Assembly: GCA_034439575.1 (NCBI GenBank)
Contig: JAWXAQ010000035.1
Coordinates: 130,742 to 194,741 of the forward strand
DNA length: 64,000 nucleotides
Direction of reading: 5' to 3'
DNA from: Leptospira sp.
Lineage (GTDB): Bacteria; Spirochaetota; Leptospiria; Leptospirales; Leptospiraceae
Translations under genes and position numbers: made by a program
In this document: positions 30,960 to 41,279 of the stretch, in pieces
Position numbering within the stretch: the first letter of the stretch is position 1
Layout: every line of letters starts with the position of its first letter
Notes under the pieces: model-generated
Seen by the model: only the letters and a program-made list of their open reading frames with translations
Database searches by the model: none
Told to the model about the DNA's origin: nothing

Positions 30960-31490
30960 ATGGACCAAGAATGGTTAACCTCAACCTTAGAGCGTTTTAG
31001 ATCGGAAGAAGGCCCAGTCAGAAAGTTTTTGAAGGAAGCTTCTCTTTTTGCCGAGGCATTCGCAAATCATGAATTTGACAAAACGGATGCATTGGTTCGA
31101 AAAGAAATCGTTGCTCGCTTAACACCATTTAAAGAGGCACTACGAAAACTCGAAGAAAATTTTGTGGCAAAAGCACAAATTCAAAACATTGGAAAAACAA
31201 ATCCTGCACTCAACGCGTTAGATCGTATCATTATGAAAATATCTTCTGCTGGTTATGGATTGAATGGTCTTGGAGCTGGATTTAAAGCCACAACTGCCGA
31301 ACTAGAAACTCTATTGAAACATGATTTTGGAATTTTGGATAAATTGGGTGTCTTAGAATTGGACATTACACAAAAGTTAAGTACATGGTTTTCCGAAAAT
31401 CCAGAATCGGCAGTCCAAAATGTGATCACATCATTGGAAACAATTGAAAAAGAATTCGAAGAAAGAAACAATATTTTCCTTAAAAAATAA
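30960..31490 (+). CDS. Hypothetical helical protein
   Basis: 176 aa ORF with AGGAG RBS, inside a tight operon. Confidence 0.75.
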   Translation: MDQEWLTSTLERFRSEEGPVRKFLKEASLFAEAFANHEFDKTDALVRKEIVARLTPFKEALRKLEENFVAKAQIQNIGKTNPALNALDRIIMKISSAGYGLNGLGAGFKATTAELETLLKHDFGILDKLGVLELDITQKLSTWFSENPESAVQNVITSLETIEKEFEERNNIFLKK

Positions 31491-31509
31491 CATAAAATAG
31501 GCGATAAAC

Positions 31510-32508
31510 ATGGCAATAATAGATAGAATTAAATTTGAAGGCTCACCGAATGAAATCGTGTGGAAGTACCCCTCTGATCAAATCAGCACTGCAGGGCAAT
31601 TGGTTGTAGATGAAAATCTGGAAGCCATATTTTTCAAAGAAGGTCGGGCTCTCGATAGTTTTGGACCAGGAACCCATACATTAAAAACAGGCAATATTCC
31701 TATCCTTGAAGCACTCATCAATATTCCGTTTGGTGGAGATACACCTTTCACAGCGGAGGTATATTATGTAAATAAATCCATATTCGCAATGAAATGGGGC
31801 ACCCCAACACCCATTCCCTTAGAAGATCCTAAATATAAAATTGTTCTCAACATACGAGCCTTTGGTGACTATAAATTCAGAGTTAAGGATGCCAGATCTT
31901 TTCTTCTCAATGTTGTAAAAGGTGGAAATAGAACAACTAACGAATCCATTGATGAATTTTTAAAACCAAATATTGTTCGTAGTATTGGTGATTTTTTATC
32001 AGAGGTTATCTTAAACAATAACACCTCAGTCGTAGAAATAAATAAATACCGAGATGAAAGTTCCACAGCTGGTCGAGTCAAACTCGTTCCCGAATTTGAA
32101 AAGTATGGCTTAGAGTTATCGGAATTCAATGTTTCTTCTGTAAATTTTGACCAAGCAGATCCGAACTACCAACGTATCCAAAAAATCATTACTGATAAAT
32201 TTGAAATAGATATGTTAGGTGATAAATACCAACAAAAGAAAATGTTCGATATCGGACAAGCTTCAGCAGAAAACCAAGGGCAAGGTGGTGGAGCCATGGG
32301 CGCTGGTATGGGAATGGGTATGGGGATGAATATGGGCCAAATGATGGGAAATATGATGAACCAAAACTCACAAAACCAAGGTCAGGCGGCACCAGCTGCC
32401 AATGATCCTGCCGCCAGAATCAGTAAATTAAAAGGATTACTTGACCAAGGTTTAATCACTCCAGAAGAGTTTGAGGCAAAGAAAAAAGACATTCTCTCCT
32501 CACTATGA
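31510..32508 (+). CDS. SPFH/band 7 domain protein (YdjI-like) with C-terminal SHOCT domain
   Basis: QLVVDENLEAIF, GPGTHTL, PFTAEVYYVN, KWGTPTPI, RAFG; Gly/Met-rich linker; KLKGLLDQGLITPEEFEAKKK SHOCT. Confidence 0.88.
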   Translation: MAIIDRIKFEGSPNEIVWKYPSDQISTAGQLVVDENLEAIFFKEGRALDSFGPGTHTLKTGNIPILEALINIPFGGDTPFTAEVYYVNKSIFAMKWGTPTPIPLEDPKYKIVLNIRAFGDYKFRVKDARSFLLNVVKGGNRTTNESIDEFLKPNIVRSIGDFLSEVILNNNTSVVEINKYRDESSTAGRVKLVPEFEKYGLELSEFNVSSVNFDQADPNYQRIQKIITDKFEIDMLGDKYQQKKMFDIGQASAENQGQGGGAMGAGMGMGMGMNMGQMMGNMMNQNSQNQGQAAPAANDPAARISKLKGLLDQGLITPEEFEAKKKDILSSL

Positions 32509-33422
32509 GTACTTTTGGTCTTTTGGCATTGGCAATTCTCCCTGGATTCGTGATCGTACAGAGATACTATGCCAAAGATCATTTGCAAAAAGAACCAGTC
32601 GGGGTTATATTAAGATCCTTTTTTTGGGGAGCGGCTCTGGTTCTCCCCGCTGGACTTTTTGAATCTTTATTCACTCTTTCAGAAACCCCTACCACTATAG
32701 ATTTAGCTATCCACTATATTTTGTTAGTTGGAATTACAGAAGAAGTCGCCAAATATTTGGCGATTCGTTTTTATTCTGCGCGAAGTGATTCTTTCAATGA
32801 ACATTTTGATGGGATAGTGTATGGTGCCTGTGTTGGTGGTGGATTCGCTACTTTCGAAAATATTTTTTATGTTTTAGAACATGGTTTTGCTGTAGGTGTT
32901 TTACGAGCATTTTTATCAGTCCCAGGTCACATCCTTTGGGGAGCCATCGTAGGACATTGGATTGCTAAGGAAAAGATGGAAAACCAAGGCAAAGTAAAAA
33001 CTTTTTTGTTAGGTGTAGGAATCACAAGTTTATTACATGGAGGGTTTGATTTTGTATTAAACTTTGGAGCTTCTGCCTTGATCATAGCTCCCTTTTTTGT
33101 CATCACACCATTAATCATAGTTAGATCATATACGAAGTCAGCTTTAGAGAAGGATAATGTTTTTCTTTTTGGTGAAAAAAATATATTACCGATTAAACCT
33201 AGTGCAGATACAATTCAGAATCCCATCATCGCTAAATTATTAAAGACACTTTGCTATTCCTTGGCATTTATCTTTTTTATTTTTACTCTTTTTCTCGCAC
33301 CTGTCTGTATCTATGACTATATGAGTGGAGCTCCCGATTTTGAAACTTGGATGTTTGTAATTCCTGGGATTTCAACATGTATCACGATTGGTTTGTTTTT
33401 ATTAGGAAAAAGGATTTCTTAA
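32505..33422 (+). CDS. prsW: PrsW family intramembrane glutamic protease
   Basis: EEVAK, GFATFEN, H in PGH, HGGFD motifs; multi-TM; ATGA overlap with previous gene. Confidence 0.88.
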   Translation: MSTFGLLALAILPGFVIVQRYYAKDHLQKEPVGVILRSFFWGAALVLPAGLFESLFTLSETPTTIDLAIHYILLVGITEEVAKYLAIRFYSARSDSFNEHFDGIVYGACVGGGFATFENIFYVLEHGFAVGVLRAFLSVPGHILWGAIVGHWIAKEKMENQGKVKTFLLGVGITSLLHGGFDFVLNFGASALIIAPFFVITPLIIVRSYTKSALEKDNVFLFGEKNILPIKPSADTIQNPIIAKLLKTLCYSLAFIFFIFTLFLAPVCIYDYMSGAPDFETWMFVIPGISTCITIGLFLLGKRIS

Positions 33423-33578
33423 TAAGCAAAAATCAAAATTAAGATAATGATTATCCGTTCGTATAAAACGTAATTTAATTATTTAAAATTAAGTAAAAAA
33501 TGGATTTTGTTAATTAATTAAAATGGTAATTCGACTCGTTGATTGAAAAGATTATAAGAAACAAAGTCATTTAATATT

Positions 33579-35330
33579 TCAGTTAAATAACTTTTTGATT
33601 TCAGGTAGATTTGCTTCCGCCTCTCTTTCACCCTTATCTATAATTTCTTGGTAGCGCACAAAATCAAATAGTTGAAATTCTTCTAAATGAAAATGGACAA
33701 AGAGATCCATCCTTGGTCTTTTTAAGCGAGTGATCTCTCGCCCTTCCAAAGTTATAGTACGCGTCATAATTTGTAAGATTGGCGGATACTTTAATGTATC
33801 CCAAATGTATCGAAAAAAGCCTTTTTCAGTGGTATTTCTATCTTCAAAAAGTTGAACAGGAACTATCTCTTGTAAGGGAGAGACGTTAACACCTAATACT
33901 ATATCGGCGCCCTTGTTTCTAATCAAACTCTCAGGCACATTATTGATCATCCCGCCATCTACCAAAATTTTTTCACCGAGTCGATACGGAGGAAAGGCTC
34001 CAGGAAGACTCATAGCACCTGTTAATGCTTCCGTTATGGGCCCTTGGTCAAATACATGTTCCTTGCCAGTTTGAAGGTCTACTGCGGATGTCGCGAATGG
34101 CAAGGGCAATTCTTCAATGCGTTGGTCTTTGAAAGCATCCTTTAACATACGTTTCATTCTTTTGCCTTTAAAGAATGCGACGACTGGCAATGTCGGATCA
34201 AATGCGCTTTCTAATCCACCAAAAAATGCTTTGATCAATTCTTCGATTTTTTCTGGTGGTTCTTGTCTTGCGTATAACGCAGCTATGACGGCACCCATAG
34301 AAGCGCCAGAAATATAATCAAATTTAATCCCTTCTCTATGTAAAACCTTTAGCAAACCAACATGTGCTAAGGCTCTTGCACCACCACCACCTAAGGCAAG
34401 TCCTCTGGTTTTTGAAACTACATATCGAGCGAGTGTATCTTTTTGATAAAAAGTCCGCATATGCTCATCTGTGGGTAGGTAACTTTTTACGACTCCGTCT
34501 TCCATTAATCGAATTGCACGTCCTTCAAAATTTCGAATTCGACCTTTCCAAAAATGTACTATCTCTTCTTTTTCTCGATAAAATCTTTCTGGATCCGATT
34601 CCCAAAAAACTATAAAATCTGATTGAACGACTAAGAAGGATAAATCTTGGCGCGATACTTTTTCATCAAAATAAATATGTACTAATGGAGTCTTTTTCCT
34701 AACATCTGTTAGAAACTCAGAAATGTGCGTCGTATCCATACCGACAAATTTTGAAATAGGAATGGCAATAGAATGTGTTCTCGTCGTATCACTGTAATTT
34801 TCTAAGAAAGCATCTACTTTTTTACCAAAGTCATATTCTGGTTCTAAAGGAATATGAACGCATAATCTTCGTAATCCGGTGAATGCCCCTTTGGTAACAG
34901 TTTTGTCTAAATGTTCTCGCATACGCGAACCCATCATATGAATTATATTCTGAGCTAAAATTTTTTCTTGAGAAGCTAGTTGTAAAAATAATTTTCCATT
35001 CAATACAAAAACTAAGGTATCAATGACAGCTATTGCGGATGTAGAATGATTGGAACTTGAGATAAGAGAATTTTCAGCAAGGACTTGTCCTGCTCCAATA
35101 TAAACAGGGCCTTGGTTAGCAATATTTTCTAAAAGAATTTCACCATACCGTACGATATAAATATTTTCAGATGCTTCTCCTTTGTAATAGAGAGCTTCAT
35201 GACTTCGGATTAATTTTTCTTGGATATTATTGGCAATACGGCTTAAGACCAAGGTCGGTAATTTTTTGAACAATTCAACGGACTTTAGGAATTTTAATAT
35301 CGCCTGTCTTTCTTGTTCATTACGTTTCAT
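33579..35330 (-). CDS. cNMP-binding domain + patatin-like phospholipase (NTE-like)
   Basis: GGGGAR, GASMG, DGG catalytic motifs; N-terminal cNMP-binding fold. Confidence 0.9.
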   Translation of the reverse strand: MKRNEQERQAILKFLKSVELFKKLPTLVLSRIANNIQEKLIRSHEALYYKGEASENIYIVRYGEILLENIANQGPVYIGAGQVLAENSLISSSNHSTSAIAVIDTLVFVLNGKLFLQLASQEKILAQNIIHMMGSRMREHLDKTVTKGAFTGLRRLCVHIPLEPEYDFGKKVDAFLENYSDTTRTHSIAIPISKFVGMDTTHISEFLTDVRKKTPLVHIYFDEKVSRQDLSFLVVQSDFIVFWESDPERFYREKEEIVHFWKGRIRNFEGRAIRLMEDGVVKSYLPTDEHMRTFYQKDTLARYVVSKTRGLALGGGGARALAHVGLLKVLHREGIKFDYISGASMGAVIAALYARQEPPEKIEELIKAFFGGLESAFDPTLPVVAFFKGKRMKRMLKDAFKDQRIEELPLPFATSAVDLQTGKEHVFDQGPITEALTGAMSLPGAFPPYRLGEKILVDGGMINNVPESLIRNKGADIVLGVNVSPLQEIVPVQLFEDRNTTEKGFFRYIWDTLKYPPILQIMTRTITLEGREITRLKRPRMDLFVHFHLEEFQLFDFVRYQEIIDKGEREAEANLPEIKKLFN

Positions 35331-35345
35331 ATTACCTACTTACTA

Positions 35346-36701
35346 TTAAATTCGTATGTTTACCCACTCCTTCTTACGAAATTTTCTTACAAAAGTGATT
35401 GCTAAGAGTAAAATCCAAATAAAAAACGCAGTCCAGATCCCAGATGATCCTCCTTTGAGTACTATCCCGAAAAAATAGGCTAAAGGAAGCATGATTAGAA
35501 ATGAAATGATAAGATAAGCAAACATTACCCAATACATCATACCAGCACTTCGGAGTGCAGAACCGACAACCATATGGTAAGCATCTCCTACTTGCACAAA
35601 GGCAACGATACAAAGTGCAGGATAACCTTCGGCAATTACCGCTGGTACATTTGTAAATAAACCTAACAAACTTTTGCCGAAAACTATAAAGACGATTCCC
35701 ATAGTTCCCATGACCATGGCAGAAAATGTTGCAGATCGCATAGTGCCTTGGTAAGCTAATCGAATCTTACCTTGCCCCATCGCTTGTCCAAGTATCGTAG
35801 TTGCGGCAATGCCAAAAGCGACACCAGGCATAAAAGATAAACTCATACATGAAATGACAACAGTTGAAGCCGCTAAGGTCGTCGTGCTAATCAAACCGGC
35901 AATTTTATAAAAACAAGCAAAAGATAGATTTGTTAAGGCTCCCTCAATAGCAGGTGCAAAACCAACGATACAAAGTTCTTTTATAATTGCAACGTTAGGT
36001 GACCAAACTTGAGCTTTGAAATATTTGACCACATCCTTTCTCATAAAAAAGAATAACATGATAAGTAATGATGGAATCGAAGATAATGAAGAGGCAATCG
36101 CAGCGCCTCGAACTCCCATTTCTGGAAATCCTAAATTTCCAAAGATCAAAATCCAATTTAAGAAAATATTTGTTACCGCGGCAGTAATAGAAGATAACAT
36201 TCCCGCTTGCACAATTCCGATTCCATCAAAAAATCCTCGTAAGGCGAAACCTACAAAAAATAGTGCCGTGCCTAAAAAGCGATAAGATAGAAAATCTCCA
36301 GCGTAAGCGATAACTTCTGGGTCATCACCTAAAACTGACATGATGATAGGTGAGTAAATAAATCCAACCCATGACATTACTGTCCCAATAAAAGATGAGA
36401 CATATAAGGAATTGATAAGTGCATTTCCAACACCAATTTCATTTTTTTCGCCGTATCGCCTTGCAACGATAATTTGGACAGCCATGGATCCGCCCATTAA
36501 GAAGGCAAAAACCGCAAAATAAACCATACCTCCAAATCCAACGGCGGCCAAGGGTACTTCACCTAATTTGCCAACCATTGCCGTGTCAGAAATCATGATG
36601 GCGGTATAACTGATCATCCCAAAAAAAACAGGGATTGCCAGATTGAGAATTTTCTGATTCAATCGAGTGAGCTTCAACACTCGTTGTATTCTATGAAGCA
36701 T
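35346..36701 (-). CDS. MATE family efflux transporter
   Basis: DTAMVGKLG, LNWILIFG...MGVRGAAIAS; about 12 TM; start uncertain. Confidence 0.92.
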   Translation of the reverse strand: MLHRIQRVLKLTRLNQKILNLAIPVFFGMISYTAIMISDTAMVGKLGEVPLAAVGFGGMVYFAVFAFLMGGSMAVQIIVARRYGEKNEIGVGNALINSLYVSSFIGTVMSWVGFIYSPIIMSVLGDDPEVIAYAGDFLSYRFLGTALFFVGFALRGFFDGIGIVQAGMLSSITAAVTNIFLNWILIFGNLGFPEMGVRGAAIASSLSSIPSLLIMLFFFMRKDVVKYFKAQVWSPNVAIIKELCIVGFAPAIEGALTNLSFACFYKIAGLISTTTLAASTVVISCMSLSFMPGVAFGIAATTILGQAMGQGKIRLAYQGTMRSATFSAMVMGTMGIVFIVFGKSLLGLFTNVPAVIAEGYPALCIVAFVQVGDAYHMVVGSALRSAGMMYWVMFAYLIISFLIMLPLAYFFGIVLKGGSSGIWTAFFIWILLLAITFVRKFRKKEWVNIRI

Positions 36702-36718
36702 GGTATGGACAACTTTTT

Positions 36719-38035
36719 ATGTATTGCGATCTACACAACCACCTTTATGGATGTTTACCCGCAGAAACCTTACTTCGCATCGGTAAATCAAATCCTAAGC
36801 CAAGATGGGAAATCTATTTAGATTCATATGAGAAAGCCTATGGTCTTAAAATCAGACCACAAAGCTTTTTTGAAGAATATGGCCGATTGGAACATTTCAA
36901 AAGTCTTTACCATTTTAAAGAAAAGTCACCATTCCTCCATTTTCAAGCCAAGTTTAATCTTATCATTGCCCTAGTACAATTTCATGAAAATGAAATTAGA
37001 GAAGTCACACAAGATGTTGTCGCATCACATTCGCTAGAAGATGTGAGTTACGCGGAATATCGATTGATGTTCGACAAAAACGAAAGCAAAGAAATATTCT
37101 TTAGCAAATTAATGGCAACTTGTGAAGGATTAATCCGCGGAGAAGAACAAGCAAAAATTCATGGTAAAAAAATTACAGCCAAATTGGCAATGTCCCTTCA
37201 TCGGGATTTAAATTTTGAAAAACATTATGATTGGATGAAAAATTGGATGGAAAAGGAATCAATCGTCAAAGACAAATTAGTCGGCATAGATTTTTGTCAT
37301 ATTGAGGAAGGATTCAGACCAAGAAACAAGGAAATTTTTTTTAAACAAGTATTAGCTGATAACAAAGCAGAACCAAATACAGCTTTGTCAATCTTATATC
37401 ATGTTGGAGAAAGTTTTCGAGACAAAACTCCATTTTCTGCCGTTAGATGGGTGATTGAGTCAGCGAATATTGGCGCACATAGATTAGGTCATGCCCTCGC
37501 ACTTGGTGTATCACCAGATTATTTTCGCGATGAAGAAAGAATAGAATTGGTTTCAGAAAGATTAGATCAAATTAATTTTGAATTAGAAAATTTTGAAAAA
37601 ATAACTTCTTTTGGAAAATATTTCGAGAAACTAGAATTAGATGAAGAAAGAAAAGATTTAATGAAAAAATCTCCCTCAGAAAAAATAACAATGCTTATGG
37701 ATGCAAAAAAAATCAGTTACTTGGAAACATTTCAAAATTTTGGAATGTCAGTCATTGCAAAAACAAATGCTGTCATTGAATGTTGCCCTTCTAGTAATTT
37801 ATATATTGGTATGTTGGAAACATTGAATGACCATCCTATATCTCGTTTCCATGCCAATGGATTAAAAATTACGATTGGTTCTGATGATCCTGGTCTCTTT
37901 GATACAAATTTAAGCGTAGAGTACGAAAGAGCTAACCAATCAGGTTTAGATGAGAAATCTTTGAAAGAAATCCAAACTCTATCATTTCGATATAAATCTA
38001 CGGTATTATCTGGACGTGAAATCGTTGACCTTTGA
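36719..38035 (+). CDS. Adenosine deaminase family amidohydrolase
   Basis: DLHNHL, HVGE, RLGHA, ECCPSSN, SDDP motifs. Confidence 0.88.
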   Translation: MYCDLHNHLYGCLPAETLLRIGKSNPKPRWEIYLDSYEKAYGLKIRPQSFFEEYGRLEHFKSLYHFKEKSPFLHFQAKFNLIIALVQFHENEIREVTQDVVASHSLEDVSYAEYRLMFDKNESKEIFFSKLMATCEGLIRGEEQAKIHGKKITAKLAMSLHRDLNFEKHYDWMKNWMEKESIVKDKLVGIDFCHIEEGFRPRNKEIFFKQVLADNKAEPNTALSILYHVGESFRDKTPFSAVRWVIESANIGAHRLGHALALGVSPDYFRDEERIELVSERLDQINFELENFEKITSFGKYFEKLELDEERKDLMKKSPSEKITMLMDAKKISYLETFQNFGMSVIAKTNAVIECCPSSNLYIGMLETLNDHPISRFHANGLKITIGSDDPGLFDTNLSVEYERANQSGLDEKSLKEIQTLSFRYKSTVLSGREIVDL

Positions 38036-38063
38036 GATCAATCCGTAAACTAGAATTGCTAGT

Positions 38064-38765
38064 ATGAAATATACAGGGTCTTTTCTCGCACTTATCAGTT
38101 TGTTTTTTTCCTGTATTCTTTCTTTTCCCATTATGTCCCAAACAAAAGAGGGATTTTATGATACAAACAATTACGATCTAAAAAATCTTCCTGGTTATGA
38201 TCCAGATGGTGATGTGATGAAGGATGTGGACCAACCGCCAACCTTTACTCGGCCACAGCTTTCCACACCCAAGGATGTGCGGACGAAATACGATCCACTC
38301 GCTTCGATTCCAGGAGCTGGTGCACTTTTACCTTCTCAATTGCAAAACCCAAATTCAAATTCAGCGAATAACCAGAACCAAGCTTCCGGTTTAAATTCAC
38401 TTTCGAAGAGCCCTATCAATCCATTAACAGGTGAGCTAAATCCAGCAGCACTTCAAAACCAAACAAATAGAAGTCGGAACAAAAAAGAAGCTCAGAAAAA
38501 AATGAGAGAAGAATTTGATGATGAGGCTGTTTATGAAGAAACAGCTTTCCGTCGCGGATATATCATCTTTTTTTTAACCTTACCGTTTGCCCTTGGAGTT
38601 TCTGCAGGTGTTGCCGCAATCGCATTACAATCAAAGACTGCTATAGGAAGCCTTATCATGATCACTGGCACGGGTGGCCTTGCGGGAACCAATGTATATC
38701 TCGACAAACAAAGATTAGAAGAGCATAGAAAGGCCAAGGCCGCAGCTGCAGTTAAAAACCCTTGA
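38064..38765 (+). CDS. Hypothetical exported/membrane protein
   Basis: Signal peptide, low-complexity middle, two C-terminal TM helices. Confidence 0.7.
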   Translation: MKYTGSFLALISLFFSCILSFPIMSQTKEGFYDTNNYDLKNLPGYDPDGDVMKDVDQPPTFTRPQLSTPKDVRTKYDPLASIPGAGALLPSQLQNPNSNSANNQNQASGLNSLSKSPINPLTGELNPAALQNQTNRSRNKKEAQKKMREEFDDEAVYEETAFRRGYIIFFLTLPFALGVSAGVAAIALQSKTAIGSLIMITGTGGLAGTNVYLDKQRLEEHRKAKAAAAVKNP

Positions 38766-40579
38766 AACTTCGCGCTTTACAAGTTAAAGGAATTCACTTC
38801 CTTCGAAATCTCGAGTCACTCAAACACAATATTCGAAAATTTTATTTAGATTATCTTAGGACGAGTGGAAGGTTTATTTATACGGCATCAGGAATTATAT
38901 CTTTCTTTATTCTTATATTCGAATACGGTTTTTATTATCCAGAATCATGGGTTCCTTATGTAAGATTGTCAGTAGTAAGTTTAGTCAATTTTTTCCTTTT
39001 TTATGAACTGATTTCCTTTTTATTTTCCTCACAGAAAGCTATAGTATATATCAAAGAACATAGATTACAATTTATTATATTATTACTCATTTTAATTGAA
39101 AAACTATTTAAAGATGATATTCTAAAAATGTTAAGCACCTATCATTTAACGGGCAATGATACCACCTTAATTTTTTTATCAACAAACCAAATTCTTTTTA
39201 TTTTTGCAAACTTAGCACATTTTTATAGGGTTTCTCGATATTATAACGCTAAAAATATAAATCCATCATTCGTTTTCATACTTTCATTTGCGGCAATCAT
39301 TGGACTCGGCAGTTTATTTTTACATTTTCCAAAAGCAACATATGGTAAAGTAACAAGTCTTGATATTATCTTTACTGCCGTTTCTGCTACTTGCGTAACT
39401 GGATTATCAACAATTACCATCAATGAAGAATTCACGTTAACTGGTCAGTTGATCATTCTTGTGATGATACAAGTGGGTGGTCTTGGTTTAATGACTTTGA
39501 CTTCCTTCTTTTCATTTATTCTTGCCGGCCAATCCTCTGTGAATGATAAGTTACTCCTCAAAGATTTGTTATCCGAAGAATCTATTGGAAAAGTAAAATC
39601 CATTTTAAAACAAATTGGATATCAAACTTTAATTATAGAATTTTTCGGAGCATTATTACTATATACATCTTTTCCTAAAGAATCTACCTTACTTGAATCT
39701 GAAAAAATTTATTATTCTATCTTTCACTCAATCTCTGCTTTTTGTAATGCGGGATTTAGTTTGATGCCTGCTGGACTCAGTGACCCACTTTTTGCGAGAA
39801 ATCAATTTTTTCTATCAACGATTATGTTATTAATTGTTTTTGGTGGTTTAGGATTTCCTGTAATTTCTCAATTAAGACGATGGATTTTTCGTCCCAAGGA
39901 CAAATCATTTCGTTTTTCTATCACTTCTAGATTGGTATTGTCAACATCCATTATACTTTGGTTATTCGGTGGGATTTCTTATTATTATTTAGAATCACAA
40001 CTAACGCTAAAAGATCTAAGTATCCAAGAAAAAGTTTTTCATTCCCTATTTTATTCAGTTACAACTAGAACCGCTGGATTCAATACTTTAGATCTCACAC
40101 AAATGGGAATGCCTATCACATTTATAAGTTTTTTTCTAATGTGGGTCGGGGCATCTCCCATCTCAACCGGTGGTGGGATAAAAACTACTACACTCGCAAT
40201 CTCGGTGATAAACATCATAAACCAAATTCGAGGAAAAGAAAATTTGGAAATACATCACCGCTTGATTGCACCTTCCACTATTGCCAGAGCTAGCGCCTCC
40301 ATAGTGTTATCTTTATTCGTAATTTTTGGTGCGATACTTGCATTGATTACATTTGAAAAAGCACCTTTTATAGATCTTTGTTTTGAAGTTGTTTCTGCCT
40401 TTGGAACCGTTGGTCTATCTAGGGGACTAACACCAATTTTATCATCAAATAGTAAAATAGTTTTATGTATTGTTATGTTTGTAGGTAGAGTAGGAATTTT
40501 AACATTGCTCATTGCCATAACTAAACGAGCAAAAAGTTATGCTTATAAATATCCTATCGAGTATGTGGTAGTAGGTTAA
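38762..40579 (+). CDS. ktrB: TrkH/KtrB potassium uptake membrane subunit with N-terminal TM extension
   Basis: SATCVTGL, QVGGLG, SAFCNAGF, RTAGF, GGGIK, SAFGTVGLS pore motifs. Confidence 0.9.
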   Translation: MKLRALQVKGIHFLRNLESLKHNIRKFYLDYLRTSGRFIYTASGIISFFILIFEYGFYYPESWVPYVRLSVVSLVNFFLFYELISFLFSSQKAIVYIKEHRLQFIILLLILIEKLFKDDILKMLSTYHLTGNDTTLIFLSTNQILFIFANLAHFYRVSRYYNAKNINPSFVFILSFAAIIGLGSLFLHFPKATYGKVTSLDIIFTAVSATCVTGLSTITINEEFTLTGQLIILVMIQVGGLGLMTLTSFFSFILAGQSSVNDKLLLKDLLSEESIGKVKSILKQIGYQTLIIEFFGALLLYTSFPKESTLLESEKIYYSIFHSISAFCNAGFSLMPAGLSDPLFARNQFFLSTIMLLIVFGGLGFPVISQLRRWIFRPKDKSFRFSITSRLVLSTSIILWLFGGISYYYLESQLTLKDLSIQEKVFHSLFYSVTTRTAGFNTLDLTQMGMPITFISFFLMWVGASPISTGGGIKTTTLAISVINIINQIRGKENLEIHHRLIAPSTIARASASIVLSLFVIFGAILALITFEKAPFIDLCFEVVSAFGTVGLSRGLTPILSSNSKIVLCIVMFVGRVGILTLLIAITKRAKSYAYKYPIEYVVVG

Positions 40580-40583
40580 AAAT

Positions 40584-41279
40584 ATGGAACGAAAAAAAAT
40601 AGCTGTTATAGGACTCGGAAGTTTTGGGAGTTTGTTCGCAAAATACTTGTTTGAAGAAGGGCATGAGGTTCTTGCCATTGATAAAAATGAAGATATCATC
40701 GATGAGATAAAAGATTTTTCGACGATTGCAGTTAGTTTGGACGCAACAGATGAAAGTGCTCTTTTAGCTCAAGGAATTGAGGAAATGGACATCGTAGTTA
40801 TTGCATTAGCCGATGATTTTGAAACTTCCGTCATTTGTGCCGACTTACTTAAAAAACGTGGAGTCACAAATATTTATGCTCGTTACCAAACCCCTTTACA
40901 ACATAAAATCTTAGGATTACTTGGTGTTCGAAATCTTTTTAACCCCGAAGAAAAAGCTGCTAGGTCAATGGCGGAAATGTTAGGTTATTCTTCTATGCGA
41001 GCAAATTTTGCATTGTCAGATGAATACAACGTGGTTGAAGTGAATGTCCCGAAGCGTTACATCGATAAATCTATAGCGGAAGCAGATATCCGACACAAAT
41101 ATGATATAAACATCATTACCATTAAACGATTTATTGTGAATAAAGAAAGTAAAAGGGCCTCTGACGCCAAAATTGAAAAGATATTGGGCATACCGCACGG
41201 CAACATGATCCTAAGAGCAGATGATGTTTTAGTCATATTTGCATCTCAAAGTTCTTTAACTAAGTTTTTAGAAGGATAA
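40584..41279 (+). CDS. ktrA: TrkA/KtrA RCK regulatory subunit
   Basis: VIGLGSFG, VLAID, NPE, TrkA-C domain. Confidence 0.9.
   Translation: MERKKIAVIGLGSFGSLFAKYLFEEGHEVLAIDKNEDIIDEIKDFSTIAVSLDATDESALLAQGIEEMDIVVIALADDFETSVICADLLKKRGVTNIYARYQTPLQHKILGLLGVRNLFNPEEKAARSMAEMLGYSSMRANFALSDEYNVVEVNVPKRYIDKSIAEADIRHKYDINIITIKRFIVNKESKRASDAKIEKILGIPHGNMILRADDVLVIFASQSSLTKFLEG

Noticed and set aside
32281-32360. ATGGG-type short tandem repeats as a contingency locus
   Set aside because: Imperfect and in-frame; they encode the Gly/Met linker usual in this SPFH family
33579-35330. Patatin as a CBASS anti-phage effector
   Set aside because: No CD-NTase or other defence genes nearby; the architecture is NTE-like
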